64,000 nucleotides of DNA from an uncultured Fibrobacterota bacterium (lineage in GTDB: Bacteria; Fibrobacterota; Chitinivibrionia; Chitinivibrionales; FEN-1185): the NCBI GenBank assembly GCA_963753345.1, contig CAVWBU010000032.1, forward strand, positions 96,001 to 160,000, written 5' to 3'. A model generated the notes under the pieces. It searched no databases, was not told the origin of the DNA, and saw only the letters and a list, made by a program, of their open reading frames with translations. The position numbers and the translations under genes are program-made. Shown one piece after another: positions 8,686-18,273 of the stretch (its first letter is position 1; each line of letters opens with the position of its first letter).

Positions 8686-9927
8686 TTATTGCTTTTCCTT
8701 GTATTCCCCGAGTACGATGGTGCTCTGCATCGGCTTGCCCTTGCGCACATAACTTATCACCACCGAATCGCCCACGAAATAGTCGAGGAAGAAACCGCCG
8801 ATGTCCGCCGAACTGCGGATGGGCCTGCTGCCCATCTGCACGACGATGTCCCCGCGGAGCAGCTTTGCCGTCTCGCCGGGACTGTGCTTTGCTATTTCCG
8901 ACACCACGACCCCGGTCGTTTTGTCGTAGCCGAGCGCCTGCGCAAGGGGCTTGGTGAGGTCCTGCACCGAAATGCCGGTGTAGATGAGCCGGCGCTTGCC
9001 ATAGGTGATGAGCTCCTTTGCCACGCGCTTGGCGCGGTCTATGGGAATGGCGAATCCGATGCCGATTGACCCGCGGTAGCTGTCGCTTCCCGTAAAGATG
9101 AACGTGTTGATGCCCACCACCTCGCCGAGCGCGTCCACGAGCGGCCCGCCGGAGTTGCCCTGGTTGATCGCCGCGTCGGTCTGGATCATACCCTGGTAGT
9201 ACACGCCCTCGCTCGGCGCGAAGTTGCGGTCCACGGCCGAAATCACGCCCAGGGTCACCGTGGGCCGCGCATCGTTGATAAAAAACCCGAACGGGTTGCC
9301 GATGGCAATGGCCCATTCGCCTATCATGAGCTTGTCGGATTCGCCGAGCTTTGCAGAAGGGAAAGCTGCGCCTTTCACCGAGACAATTGCGAGGTCGGTC
9401 TGCGGGTCAACCCCCACGATTTTTGCCTCAATCTGGCTGCCGTCGGACAGCGTGACGAACAATTTCTGTGCCTGTTCCACCACGTGGTAGTTGGTAAGGA
9501 TGTATCCATCCTTGCTGAAGAGGAACCCCGATCCCATGCGCTCCACCTCGCGCACGCGGGGCACCACCTCGGGGCTGAAGAAGAAATCGAAGAACTCGTC
9601 CGACGAATAGGCGCGCCGCACCACCTGCAGCTGCGTCACCACGATGCCCACCACGCTCGGCGAGACCATTTTTGTGGCGCGGACGATTGCGTTTGAGCGC
9701 GACCCCGTGATGTTGTCGCTGGGGGGCGGCGCGCCGCGCTCCTCCTGGGCTGCGGAAGATGACCCGGCGTCCGCGTTCACGGCCTTTTGCGCCTGCGTGT
9801 CGCGGGACTGGTAAAGCCTCCGAAACACCTCAGCTCCTGCGATACCACCCGCGATCAGGCCGATGACAAGGAGGAGGATGTAAAGCCCGGTATTGCCGGT
9901 TTGTGATTTAATGAAATTATTTCTCAT
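8686..9927 (-). CDS. HtrA/Deg-family trypsin-like serine protease with one PDZ domain
   Basis: GSGF, LTNYHVV, DLAIV and QTDAAINQGNSGGPL motifs; N-terminal TM helix. Start at 9927 or 9933. Confidence 0.93.
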   Translation of the reverse strand: MRNNFIKSQTGNTGLYILLLVIGLIAGGIAGAEVFRRLYQSRDTQAQKAVNADAGSSSAAQEERGAPPPSDNITGSRSNAIVRATKMVSPSVVGIVVTQLQVVRRAYSSDEFFDFFFSPEVVPRVREVERMGSGFLFSKDGYILTNYHVVEQAQKLFVTLSDGSQIEAKIVGVDPQTDLAIVSVKGAAFPSAKLGESDKLMIGEWAIAIGNPFGFFINDARPTVTLGVISAVDRNFAPSEGVYYQGMIQTDAAINQGNSGGPLVDALGEVVGINTFIFTGSDSYRGSIGIGFAIPIDRAKRVAKELITYGKRRLIYTGISVQDLTKPLAQALGYDKTTGVVVSEIAKHSPGETAKLLRGDIVVQMGSRPIRSSADIGGFFLDYFVGDSVVISYVRKGKPMQSTIVLGEYKEKQ

Positions 9928-9997
9928 GATCATTCTTTCCAGATGTTGATTGATTTTCAAATGTAAGTGATCTGCTTCTGCTTTTGCAATCTGCAAT

Positions 9998-10735
9998 CTA
10001 CATTTCAATCCCCTTGTATTCCACATAATCAAGCACCAGTCCGCAGGCCGGCGCGGTTTCGCCGACGGCTTTTCGGTTTTTGTTTTCGATAATCTCTGCC
10101 ATGGTCGAGGCCAGCCTTCCCCTGCCGATGTCCACGAGTGTGCCCACGATGGACCTGACCATTTTGTAAATGAAGCGGTCGGCGGTTATCGTAAACACAC
10201 GGAGGTCGTCCCGGTCGTCAAGCGACGCCCCGCTCACCGTGCACACCATGTTTTCGGTGGACGTGCCCGTGGCGCAGAAAGCGGAAAAGTCGTGCGTGCC
10301 CGCAAGCGCCGGGATGTTGTCGCGCACCTTTGCCCAGTCCACGTCGTGGAAGACCATCCAGACCCTTTTGTAAAGCAGTGGCCGTTTCCGCCGCGCCATA
10401 AAGTACTTGTACCGCCGCGCCACGGCCGAATACCGGGCGTGAAAGTCCGGCGCCGCCGGCCGCAGGCCGTACACGCAGATGTCGTCGTCGAGCACGGCGT
10501 TCACCGACCGCTCGCACCGCCCCGCGTCCAGTGCTCCGTCGATGTCCACGTGCGCGCCCTGGCCCGCCGCATGCACGCCCGCATCGGTGCGGCCGGCGCC
10601 CGTCACCCTGCATTCGCTGCGCACCACGGTGGTGAAGGCGGCGTTGAGCGCGTCCTGGACGCTCGGCGCGTTTTCCTGCGACTGCCAGCCGCCGTAACGC
10701 GTGCCGTCGTATTCGACGCGGAAGAAATAGCGCAT
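9998..10735 (-). CDS. truA: tRNA pseudouridine(38-40) synthase
   Basis: YDGTRYGGWQ, GAGRTDAGVHA, FHARYSA and MVRSIVG motifs. Confidence 0.97.
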   Translation of the reverse strand: MRYFFRVEYDGTRYGGWQSQENAPSVQDALNAAFTTVVRSECRVTGAGRTDAGVHAAGQGAHVDIDGALDAGRCERSVNAVLDDDICVYGLRPAAPDFHARYSAVARRYKYFMARRKRPLLYKRVWMVFHDVDWAKVRDNIPALAGTHDFSAFCATGTSTENMVCTVSGASLDDRDDLRVFTITADRFIYKMVRSIVGTLVDIGRGRLASTMAEIIENKNRKAVGETAPACGLVLDYVEYKGIEM

Positions 10736-11019
10736 GTGATCCTTTTTGGAATACTACGCTTTGAGGGACGACAGCCTTGATTCTTATTCTGGACGCAAGA
10801 GCCGATATCAGTCGTGACTTTTCCTTGCATGCAGATCCTGAGAAATTTGACCCTATAAAATAGTATTGGCTCTGGGGGTATCCAAAGAAGCTTGGCTTAG
10901 GCTGGGTTCGGTGACAGTCTGGGTCTTTGACCGGCATCAGATTACAGAGGTAGTAACAAACAGGTTTTCAATACCGGCCACAATGTTGATAATTGTAGCT
11001 ACAAATACTATTTTGACTC

Positions 11020-11271
11020 ATGCCGAAATGGAACGAGTTCGTCCCTGAAGAAATCGAATACGATTTTGAAAATGAGGAACTGCATGAACATTATATCACC
11101 ATTGATGAGGCTGCAGAATGTTTTCACAACCGGTATTCGGTCCAAAGGAACAAGAAGTTTAAGGACCGGTACAAGCTTCATGGAATAACCGACAGCGGCA
11201 GAAAGCTTACGGTAATCTTTCAGTTGAAAAGGCTTGGTGTCGTGAGAATTATCACCGGATGGGAGACGTGA
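11020..11271 (+). CDS. BrnT-like type II toxin
   Basis: 83 aa; H-ITIDEAAECF…RYKLHGITDSGRKLTVIF…VRIITG pattern. Confidence 0.75.
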   Translation: MPKWNEFVPEEIEYDFENEELHEHYITIDEAAECFHNRYSVQRNKKFKDRYKLHGITDSGRKLTVIFQLKRLGVVRIITGWET

Positions 11272-11275
11272 AACC

Positions 11276-11560
11276 ATGCGTATGATTCGAAACAAAAAAA
11301 CCTCGAAGAAAGAAAAAACAATTGACAATGCCGTCATGGAAGCCGCATATGACCATGACCAGTGGGAAAAAGAATTACCCGTCACCCCGAAAACGGTTCC
11401 CACCTCGATCCGACTGAGTCCGCGCACGATCCGCCGGGCGAAATTGTTCGCGCGCGTCCATTGTCAGCGCGGATATCAGAGCTGGCTGAAGAAGATCATC
11501 GAGGATCGCATCGATACGGAGTATGAGATTTACAAGGGAATACGCGGGACCGGAGCGTAA
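11276..11560 (+). CDS. Cognate BrnA/CopG-like antitoxin
   Basis: TSIRLSP…GYQSWLKKII ribbon-helix-helix pattern; directly downstream of the toxin. Confidence 0.72.
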   Translation: MRMIRNKKTSKKEKTIDNAVMEAAYDHDQWEKELPVTPKTVPTSIRLSPRTIRRAKLFARVHCQRGYQSWLKKIIEDRIDTEYEIYKGIRGTGA

Positions 11561-11635
11561 CAAGGGGATGGGTGCGCCTGAAATAATGGAGCCGGCGGCC
11601 GTACTAATCAACCAACAATATATTCTCGACTGGTC

Positions 11636-12763
11636 TCACACATTACCTTTCACTATCCTGTAGCAGAACACCTGAAACCCCGCCTTCGAATCATCAAACC
11701 TTCCGGTCTTGATGCCGGTGTCGAATTCCGCAAGAAGGGAGAAGATCCGCCGGTAATTCTCATAAGTGAATGATACCGCCTGGTCGATGAGCCGCGGCTT
11801 GATCACCGCCGGATACAGGCGGCCCGCCTGGCTTTCGGTAAAGATCCCCGCACCGAGGGCGAGTGCGAGCGCCGCCTCATTTTGCCGCGGCCTCGAAAAA
11901 GACCGGTAGTTCCCGAGCAGGGTGGGATTCGCTTTTGCAAACAGGGAAATCCTGAAAAGCGACCAGAAATGCCTGAAGATTGCGCCCACGTACGGCGGAA
12001 GATAAACGCTTCCGGTGTAGATGGATTCGATAATCTCCAGGCCGCGTGCCATGTTTTTTTCACCGAGCGCCTGGGCCAGTTCGAATTGCGTGGCCTCCCG
12101 CGTAGCTCCTGCAACGGCGTCGATCACATCGCGGCTGATTGCGGCTTTTGGCTCAAGGAAAAGGTCCAATTTCTGAAGTTCCGAATACAGGACCGCGGTG
12201 TCCGCGCCCACAAGGTCGACGAGATGCTCCGCGTCGTCCTTCGAAATGCGCCTGCCGAACAGGTGCGGAACCTGCGCCTCCACCCATTCGGCCATCTTGT
12301 AGTCGGGCGGTCTCGGAAATGTCTTCACGCAAAACCGCTCCGGCGCTTTTTTCGCAAACCCCTCAAAGGATTCGAGCCATGCCGAGTATTTTTTCGACAG
12401 CGCCGAATCTTTTGTCTTTCTTCCGCCCTGCACCTTGTCCGTTTCCATCACGACAAGCGCGTCGGGCACGTCGCATGCGAAAAGTCCGGTGAGCCGTGCG
12501 AGTTCGTTTTCGTCAAGAAGATGGACGTCCGGGATGATAAAGACGCGCAGCGGCGACAAAAGCGACGGCGTGATGATGCGCTCGCAGAATTCATCGAAGG
12601 CGGCGTCTTCGGCGTTGAAGCGGTGCACCTCGGCATCGGGCTGCTTTTTTTTCACCGCGGCGATAATGGCGGCGCGTTCGAGTTCGCGGCTCGTGATATC
12701 GTCGCCGGCAAGCAAGACAAAACGGAGCAGCAAATCGCCGGAGCTGGAAAAGATATCGCTCAT
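11636..12763 (-). CDS. holA: DNA polymerase III subunit delta
   Basis: TPSLLSPLRV, LVDLVGADTAVLYSELQKL and FELAQAL patterns; appropriate length. Confidence 0.88.
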   Translation of the reverse strand: MSDIFSSSGDLLLRFVLLAGDDITSRELERAAIIAAVKKKQPDAEVHRFNAEDAAFDEFCERIITPSLLSPLRVFIIPDVHLLDENELARLTGLFACDVPDALVVMETDKVQGGRKTKDSALSKKYSAWLESFEGFAKKAPERFCVKTFPRPPDYKMAEWVEAQVPHLFGRRISKDDAEHLVDLVGADTAVLYSELQKLDLFLEPKAAISRDVIDAVAGATREATQFELAQALGEKNMARGLEIIESIYTGSVYLPPYVGAIFRHFWSLFRISLFAKANPTLLGNYRSFSRPRQNEAALALALGAGIFTESQAGRLYPAVIKPRLIDQAVSFTYENYRRIFSLLAEFDTGIKTGRFDDSKAGFQVFCYRIVKGNV

Positions 12764-14028
12764 GGGATGAGGTTTTCGATGGCGTGATTTGAGGCGCTTA
12801 TTGTCGCGGCAAAGGCGGCCTGCGCGTTTGCAAAGCGGACTGCCTGGTCGCCGAGCGCCGAGGCCACCGCGGCCGCAAGGCCTTCGGCGCTGTCCGCAGG
12901 AAACGCGACGCCGGCGGCGATCAGTTCGTCGCCGCTTTCCTTCTGCGTCCGGTAATTAGGACCAAAGACCACCGGAATGCCGAATTGCGCCGCATCCCAC
13001 ATGTTGTGGCCGCCGGTGGCGTCGAAAGTTCCCCCCACGAAAGCGGCATCGGCGATTTTGTACATGGCCTCCATAATGCCCATTTTTTCCACCATGCACA
13101 CGTCCCAGCCTTTTTCGGCTTCGGCGTCGGTCAGGCGCTTCAGGCCGTTGCCCAGTTCGGCGGCGAGTGCGTCTGCGTCCCTGATGTGCCGCGGCACCAC
13201 GATGCACTTGACGGGAAACGACATGCGCCTGAGCGCGGCAAGCGCTCCGGCGATCACCGCTCCTTCGCCCGGATGCAGGCACCCTGCCGTAATGCAGCGC
13301 TCACCGGCCGCAAGTCCCATTTTTTTCCGGAGCGAGGCGCGTTCTTCTGCAGAAACCGGATGGACCGCGGCGGAGCGCTTCAGGTTCCCGGTCACGCGGA
13401 TGCGCGAGGCAGGAACGCCGAGCCTGGCGAACCGGTCCGCATAGGCCTGGTCCTGCGCAAGGACGATGTCGGGGTGGGAGAACAGAGGGGAAAGGAGCCA
13501 TGCAAACCGCCGGTACCACATCAGAGATTCCTCTTCGATGCGGGCATTGACAAGCCCCACGGGGACGCCCGCCATAGCGCAGGCCCACAGCATGCAGGGC
13601 CAGAGCTCGGTCTCAAAAATCCACACGCGGGACACGCTGTATGTTGACAATACGGAGCGCATGAGCCGCACCGAGTCGAGCGGGAGGTATCCCGCGGCGA
13701 CGACGTCGTGGCCGGCTGCCCGTGTAAGGTAGTCGACGCCGGTGCGCGTGGTTGCGGTAAGCAGATAGCGCTGGCCGGGGTGCTTCGACCTGAGAATATC
13801 GAGGAACCGCGACAGCAGCTTGGCCTCCCCGAGGGACGCTGCGTGCAGCCACACCGATTGCGCTGCCGTGCCGCTTCCTCGCGGCGGGGGAACACCCCTG
13901 CGCTCGCCAAGGTTCCATTGCCTTGACAAGTGCGATGAATGGAGGGCGAGCGCGGCCAGAGTGCCGCCGGCTTCCATGGCGGTGCTGTAGGCGAAAATGA
14001 GCAGGCGGAGCGGTAGATGGGTCATCAT
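12760..14028 (-). CDS. waaA: 3-deoxy-D-manno-octulosonic acid (Kdo) transferase
   Basis: WLHAASLGE, ETELWP, NARI, TGNLK, VPRH and GGHN motifs. Confidence 0.95.
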   Translation of the reverse strand: MMTHLPLRLLIFAYSTAMEAGGTLAALALHSSHLSRQWNLGERRGVPPPRGSGTAAQSVWLHAASLGEAKLLSRFLDILRSKHPGQRYLLTATTRTGVDYLTRAAGHDVVAAGYLPLDSVRLMRSVLSTYSVSRVWIFETELWPCMLWACAMAGVPVGLVNARIEEESLMWYRRFAWLLSPLFSHPDIVLAQDQAYADRFARLGVPASRIRVTGNLKRSAAVHPVSAEERASLRKKMGLAAGERCITAGCLHPGEGAVIAGALAALRRMSFPVKCIVVPRHIRDADALAAELGNGLKRLTDAEAEKGWDVCMVEKMGIMEAMYKIADAAFVGGTFDATGGHNMWDAAQFGIPVVFGPNYRTQKESGDELIAAGVAFPADSAEGLAAAVASALGDQAVRFANAQAAFAATISASNHAIENLIP

Positions 14029-14465
14029 TCGGCATCAACTCACTGTCTTTGCGCCTGCGCCGGCCTGGTGCGGAGCATGGAGTGTCTCACGTGCGGCGCC
14101 TTCGGGTGCTCAGGGGAGGGTGATCGGGTACGATTGCACGAAAACGGCGCTTCGATAAGCGCCGCGCTTTGATAATATAGTAGTTGAATGCGAGGCCGTG
14201 CCACGGCAAAAAGGATCGGCAATCAGAAATCGCCTGCACGAGCGTATTCTTCCATATATTTATGGAGCTGTAACATTGGGTTTGACATTTTTTTACAGCC
14301 AAACCTATATTATCACAACTATTTGCAGGGCATTTGGGCGGACGAGCGGGCTTTTCTTCCCTCTCACGACGAAGTGGTTCCGACCAACGCAGACGGCATG
14401 CGGAAAAAATCCTGTTTTCACTCATGCCTCCATCGGTTTTTCATCATGACTCCACGGCAAAGCGA

Positions 14466-16136
14466 ATGAACAAGAAGAGTTTCGGGGCGTCGATCCTTCT
14501 GCTTCTGAGTCTCGGCCTCTCGTGCTCGGTGTTTTCACCGGACACGAACCTTGGACGGGACATCGTGACGGGCGTCGATTCTTCCGTCACCGACCTCAAG
14601 TACGGATATGTCAAGGTGGACAGCATGTTCCTCGCCGTATCCGGGGCCAGAAGCGTCGTGGTTCCGGGGGGCGACACAAGCGTGTACGTGCTGCGGTCAG
14701 GCGTCCATCCCAGTCAGCTCGTGGCGGGAAGAATAGGGGACGACAGTGCCGTCGCGTATGCGGAATTTGACGTTACGAACACCATCCTCGCCACCCTCCG
14801 CACCGGATGCAGCCAGAACAGGGTGGACAGCGTGTATCTCCTCCTGCACTATAATCCAACCATCAACGATACTACGTTGAAGGACTATCCGGATTCAATG
14901 GTGAAGATCAGCGTGTTCTCGTGCCAGCGCAAGTTTTATCCGAGGGCGCGAAACAATCTGACAACGCCCGACATCGCGTTTTCGGACACGCTCACCTTCT
15001 CGCGCAAGAAGCCGGACACCACGTTCTACATTCCCCTCGGCCCGGATATCGTTTCTGTCCTCAATAGCGCGGTGAATGACACGGCCACCTATGTGCCCCA
15101 TCTTGCGGAATCGGACACCACCGTGGGATGGTCAAAGGGCGATTCGACAAGGCCGGTAAGGCCCGATACCGCCTACATAGAGGATTCGGTCATCCAGGTC
15201 TTTTCCGACACCTTCACTCATGCGACCATCACCGGCCTCCATGCTGCGATGCAGGGCGACACCGCGATCATTGGCTACACTGCCGGCTCGACGCCCGTGT
15301 CCGACACCGTTCCCTATGTGCGGAGCGTAATCAGCCTGATCAGCTCCAACCAGGATTCGTTGTCGATTGTCAATGACTTTGTCTGGCGGGAAAGGACAAT
15401 CCGGCAGCGGCTCGAGTACGATTCCGCCCAGAAGTACATCGCCGCGATCCATATCTACGCCGCCCCCGGCAGCGGGCTCGTCCGTTTCGTGGGACCGCCC
15501 GCGTTCAGCATCAGGTACCTCGATGCGAACTGCGACACCGCCGCGTCCACGAAGGGAACCTTGACAAGCACAAGTCTCGGGTACTATTTCGACATGACGT
15601 CGACCGAAGAAAATGCCATTCCGTCCGATTCCCTGGTGGTGTCCTGGCAGGCCGACCGTTTCGTGGAAATCCCCATCAACCTCGCGCCGCTGTGGAGCTT
15701 CGCGGCAGGCGGCGGCAACGGGAGGAACTACGCCGTTGTGCAGAACGCAACATGCTTTCTCTCGGCCGCGCTTCCCCTGATTGAAAGGGCGGGCGCCGAC
15801 ACCACCAACCGGAAAATCGTGTACGGCCTGCTCGACCACCGCATCACCGACTCGCGGGCGCATAGCAGCTCTACGCGCGATTCTCTTACCGCCATTCTGG
15901 CGTCCGGACGCATGCCCAACGACAGCATCGTTCTGGATACCGTCAGGTCCAATGTTTCCTCGACGATTTCCCTGCCGGTCACCATTTTTGCCCAGAGCAT
16001 GTTCGAAGAGAACCCGAGGCCGGCAACGGCGTATCTCTATGTGTTTGCAAGGACCACAAACGATTTCGCGCGGGCGGTGATCCGGAAACCCGCAACCGTC
16101 AAGTTCACGGCCCTGTTCTCCAATCCGCAGAAGTAG
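14466..16136 (+). CDS. Large hypothetical lipoprotein
   Basis: Lipobox-like LGLSC after a hydrophobic signal; long Thr/Ser/Asp-rich ORF. Confidence 0.75.
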   Translation: MNKKSFGASILLLLSLGLSCSVFSPDTNLGRDIVTGVDSSVTDLKYGYVKVDSMFLAVSGARSVVVPGGDTSVYVLRSGVHPSQLVAGRIGDDSAVAYAEFDVTNTILATLRTGCSQNRVDSVYLLLHYNPTINDTTLKDYPDSMVKISVFSCQRKFYPRARNNLTTPDIAFSDTLTFSRKKPDTTFYIPLGPDIVSVLNSAVNDTATYVPHLAESDTTVGWSKGDSTRPVRPDTAYIEDSVIQVFSDTFTHATITGLHAAMQGDTAIIGYTAGSTPVSDTVPYVRSVISLISSNQDSLSIVNDFVWRERTIRQRLEYDSAQKYIAAIHIYAAPGSGLVRFVGPPAFSIRYLDANCDTAASTKGTLTSTSLGYYFDMTSTEENAIPSDSLVVSWQADRFVEIPINLAPLWSFAAGGGNGRNYAVVQNATCFLSAALPLIERAGADTTNRKIVYGLLDHRITDSRAHSSSTRDSLTAILASGRMPNDSIVLDTVRSNVSSTISLPVTIFAQSMFEENPRPATAYLYVFARTTNDFARAVIRKPATVKFTALFSNPQK

Positions 16137-16145
16137 CGTGATGCA

Positions 16146-17381
16146 ATGAAAAGCAAGATCATTCTTGTGGTGTTTTGGGCGGGCGTTGGGGCCTCATGCT
16201 GGGGCCAGTCCCTGCTCGGGCTCACCTATCCCTTCGGCGTGCCGATGCAGGAAAATTCCGGGATGTCGCTCACCATGGGCGGCGCGGGTTGCGCGGTCGC
16301 CGCGGAGAACAACGTGATGCTTCTCAATCCGGCAAACCTCGGCACCATCGACAGGACGGTCCTGTCGGCCCTGTTTTCATTCGATTTCACGCAAATCAGC
16401 GAATCCTCATCGCATGACAATTTCTATTCCGCAGACCCGGTCCAGATTTCCATCGGCGTGCCGTTCGGGGTCGTGGGAACGTTCGGTCTCTCGTTCGACC
16501 AGCGCAGCAACATCGCCGCGTACTACAAAGACTCGGCGTCGCTGGTGTACAACGGCGACGCTTCGTGGTGGGTTGAGCAGGGGCTGTCGGCGCGCGGAGG
16601 GATTGTCACATGGGAGGCCGGATGGGGCAGGACCATCGGGAAGCTCGCCCAGGTCGGAATCTCCTACGAGCGGTTCTACCTGTTTGACGAACAGACAAAC
16701 CTGTCCCAGATGTTGCTTCCGCTCGTGTCATCGGCGATTTCCCGGGACAGCACGACGGTTGTGTGCAAGGGCAACGGAGTCCGGGCGGGCGTTGATGTTC
16801 CCGCGGGCCCCGTGCGGATCGGGATAACGGGCGAATACTACTTCACGAGCCCGGCATCGTCTACAAACGCGGTGTATGCAAACGGGCTTGACTCGGCGGT
16901 GGCGAATTCCGCCTCGTCGCTTTCGTTTTACCTGCGTCTGCCTCCGTCGCTTACCGTTGGGCTCAGCTGGGACATTTCGCCTGAGTGGCTCGTGGCGGGC
17001 GATGCGTCGTTTGTGTTCTGGCAGGACGCCCTGATCCAGGGACCTCTTTCCAAACCGGATTTCACCACCGCGGCCGGGTTCTCCCTCGGCGCCCAATACA
17101 TTCCGGCGCCGAACCTTCTCACGCCGAAGTACGCGGAGACCATTCGCTACCGTGCAGGCGTGCGCTTTGCCCAGCTGCCCTCAAAGCAATCGTACGAATA
17201 CGCAGTGAGTCTCGGGACCGGCCTTCCCATGGGTAAAGGCACGGGAATCCTCGATGTCGCGCTCGAGGCCGGGCGGCGCGAAAGCGGACAGTTTGCCGGA
17301 TACAGCGAAGACTTCCTGCACCTTGTGTTCGGGTTCAACGGAGGACACAAGTGGGTGCAGTCCGCACGAAGCACCTATTGA
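16146..17381 (+). CDS. Outer-membrane beta-barrel protein (FadL/PorV-like)
   Basis: Signal peptide; SLTMGGAG…NPANLG N-terminal motif; amphipathic strands. Confidence 0.8.
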   Translation: MKSKIILVVFWAGVGASCWGQSLLGLTYPFGVPMQENSGMSLTMGGAGCAVAAENNVMLLNPANLGTIDRTVLSALFSFDFTQISESSSHDNFYSADPVQISIGVPFGVVGTFGLSFDQRSNIAAYYKDSASLVYNGDASWWVEQGLSARGGIVTWEAGWGRTIGKLAQVGISYERFYLFDEQTNLSQMLLPLVSSAISRDSTTVVCKGNGVRAGVDVPAGPVRIGITGEYYFTSPASSTNAVYANGLDSAVANSASSLSFYLRLPPSLTVGLSWDISPEWLVAGDASFVFWQDALIQGPLSKPDFTTAAGFSLGAQYIPAPNLLTPKYAETIRYRAGVRFAQLPSKQSYEYAVSLGTGLPMGKGTGILDVALEAGRRESGQFAGYSEDFLHLVFGFNGGHKWVQSARSTY

Positions 17382-17407
17382 CGCACCCCTTCGCAAGCGA
17401 GGTGATT

Positions 17408-18241
17408 GTGGCGGTACATAAGAAAAACAACAGCACCAAAGCCGCGGGAAAAGAGCGCGCCGGGACGGCGAAGAAGGCCAAGAGGACTGTCCGCGCGCCC
17501 TACCGTGCAAAGAAGGCTCCCGCCGGCGCAAAGCCGCGCGCCGCGGCCCGTTTACGGCCGGCGCGGAGGACGGCTGCCGCAGCCGCCTTTGCAATAAGGA
17601 ATCCACCGCGTCCGCCGCGGCGGATTTCGCCGTCGGCTCGTGCCGGGCAGGGCGTGGTGAATTTTCCCGGCCTGCCATTCCGAAACGGCAAAGGGCCGGC
17701 GGGCCCCAAGTACTTTTTCTCCACCGATATCCCCGATAAATACAACGAAACCTATCTGCGCGCTCTTCCCAGGGACCCGTTGTGGCTCTTTGCCTACTGG
17801 GAACTTTCGGGCGAAACAGTGGAGCTGTTGCGGCGGCACGTGGGCGGCGACGCCTTCGCCGGTTCCAAATGGGTGCTGCGCGTGCTCGACGTCACCGACA
17901 TTGTCTACAACGGTTCCAACGCATGGCGGCAGGCGGACGTCGAGCTTGCGCCGTACGCTTCCTCGTGGTACGTCAAGGTGTGGGAGCCGGGCCGGTCCTA
18001 CCTTCTGCAAGTGGGGATCGTAACGTCCGACGGCAGATTTTTCTCGGCCGTCAATTCGAACGCGGCGCAGATGCCCAGAAACGCCGTGTCGGCGGTGCTC
18101 GACGAAGAATGGACCACCGCCTCCACCGACGAGCTCATCCGGCTTTCCGGGGGCCTCTCCGGGAGGCTGCTCGGCGCGAGCGAGAATTCCTCCGGGGCCT
18201 CCGCAAGCGGTTCCGGGTCCGGCTCGGGCTCCATGTCGTGA
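17408..18241 (+). CDS. DUF4912 domain protein with basic low-complexity N-terminus
   Basis: LPRDPLWLFAYWE, LRVLDVT and SWY motifs; directly upstream of GH57. GTG start is approximate. Confidence 0.85.
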   Translation: MAVHKKNNSTKAAGKERAGTAKKAKRTVRAPYRAKKAPAGAKPRAAARLRPARRTAAAAAFAIRNPPRPPRRISPSARAGQGVVNFPGLPFRNGKGPAGPKYFFSTDIPDKYNETYLRALPRDPLWLFAYWELSGETVELLRRHVGGDAFAGSKWVLRVLDVTDIVYNGSNAWRQADVELAPYASSWYVKVWEPGRSYLLQVGIVTSDGRFFSAVNSNAAQMPRNAVSAVLDEEWTTASTDELIRLSGGLSGRLLGASENSSGASASGSGSGSGSMS

Positions 18242-18273
18242 AACGCCCCAGGGCGGCTGCACCGGAGAAGGCG

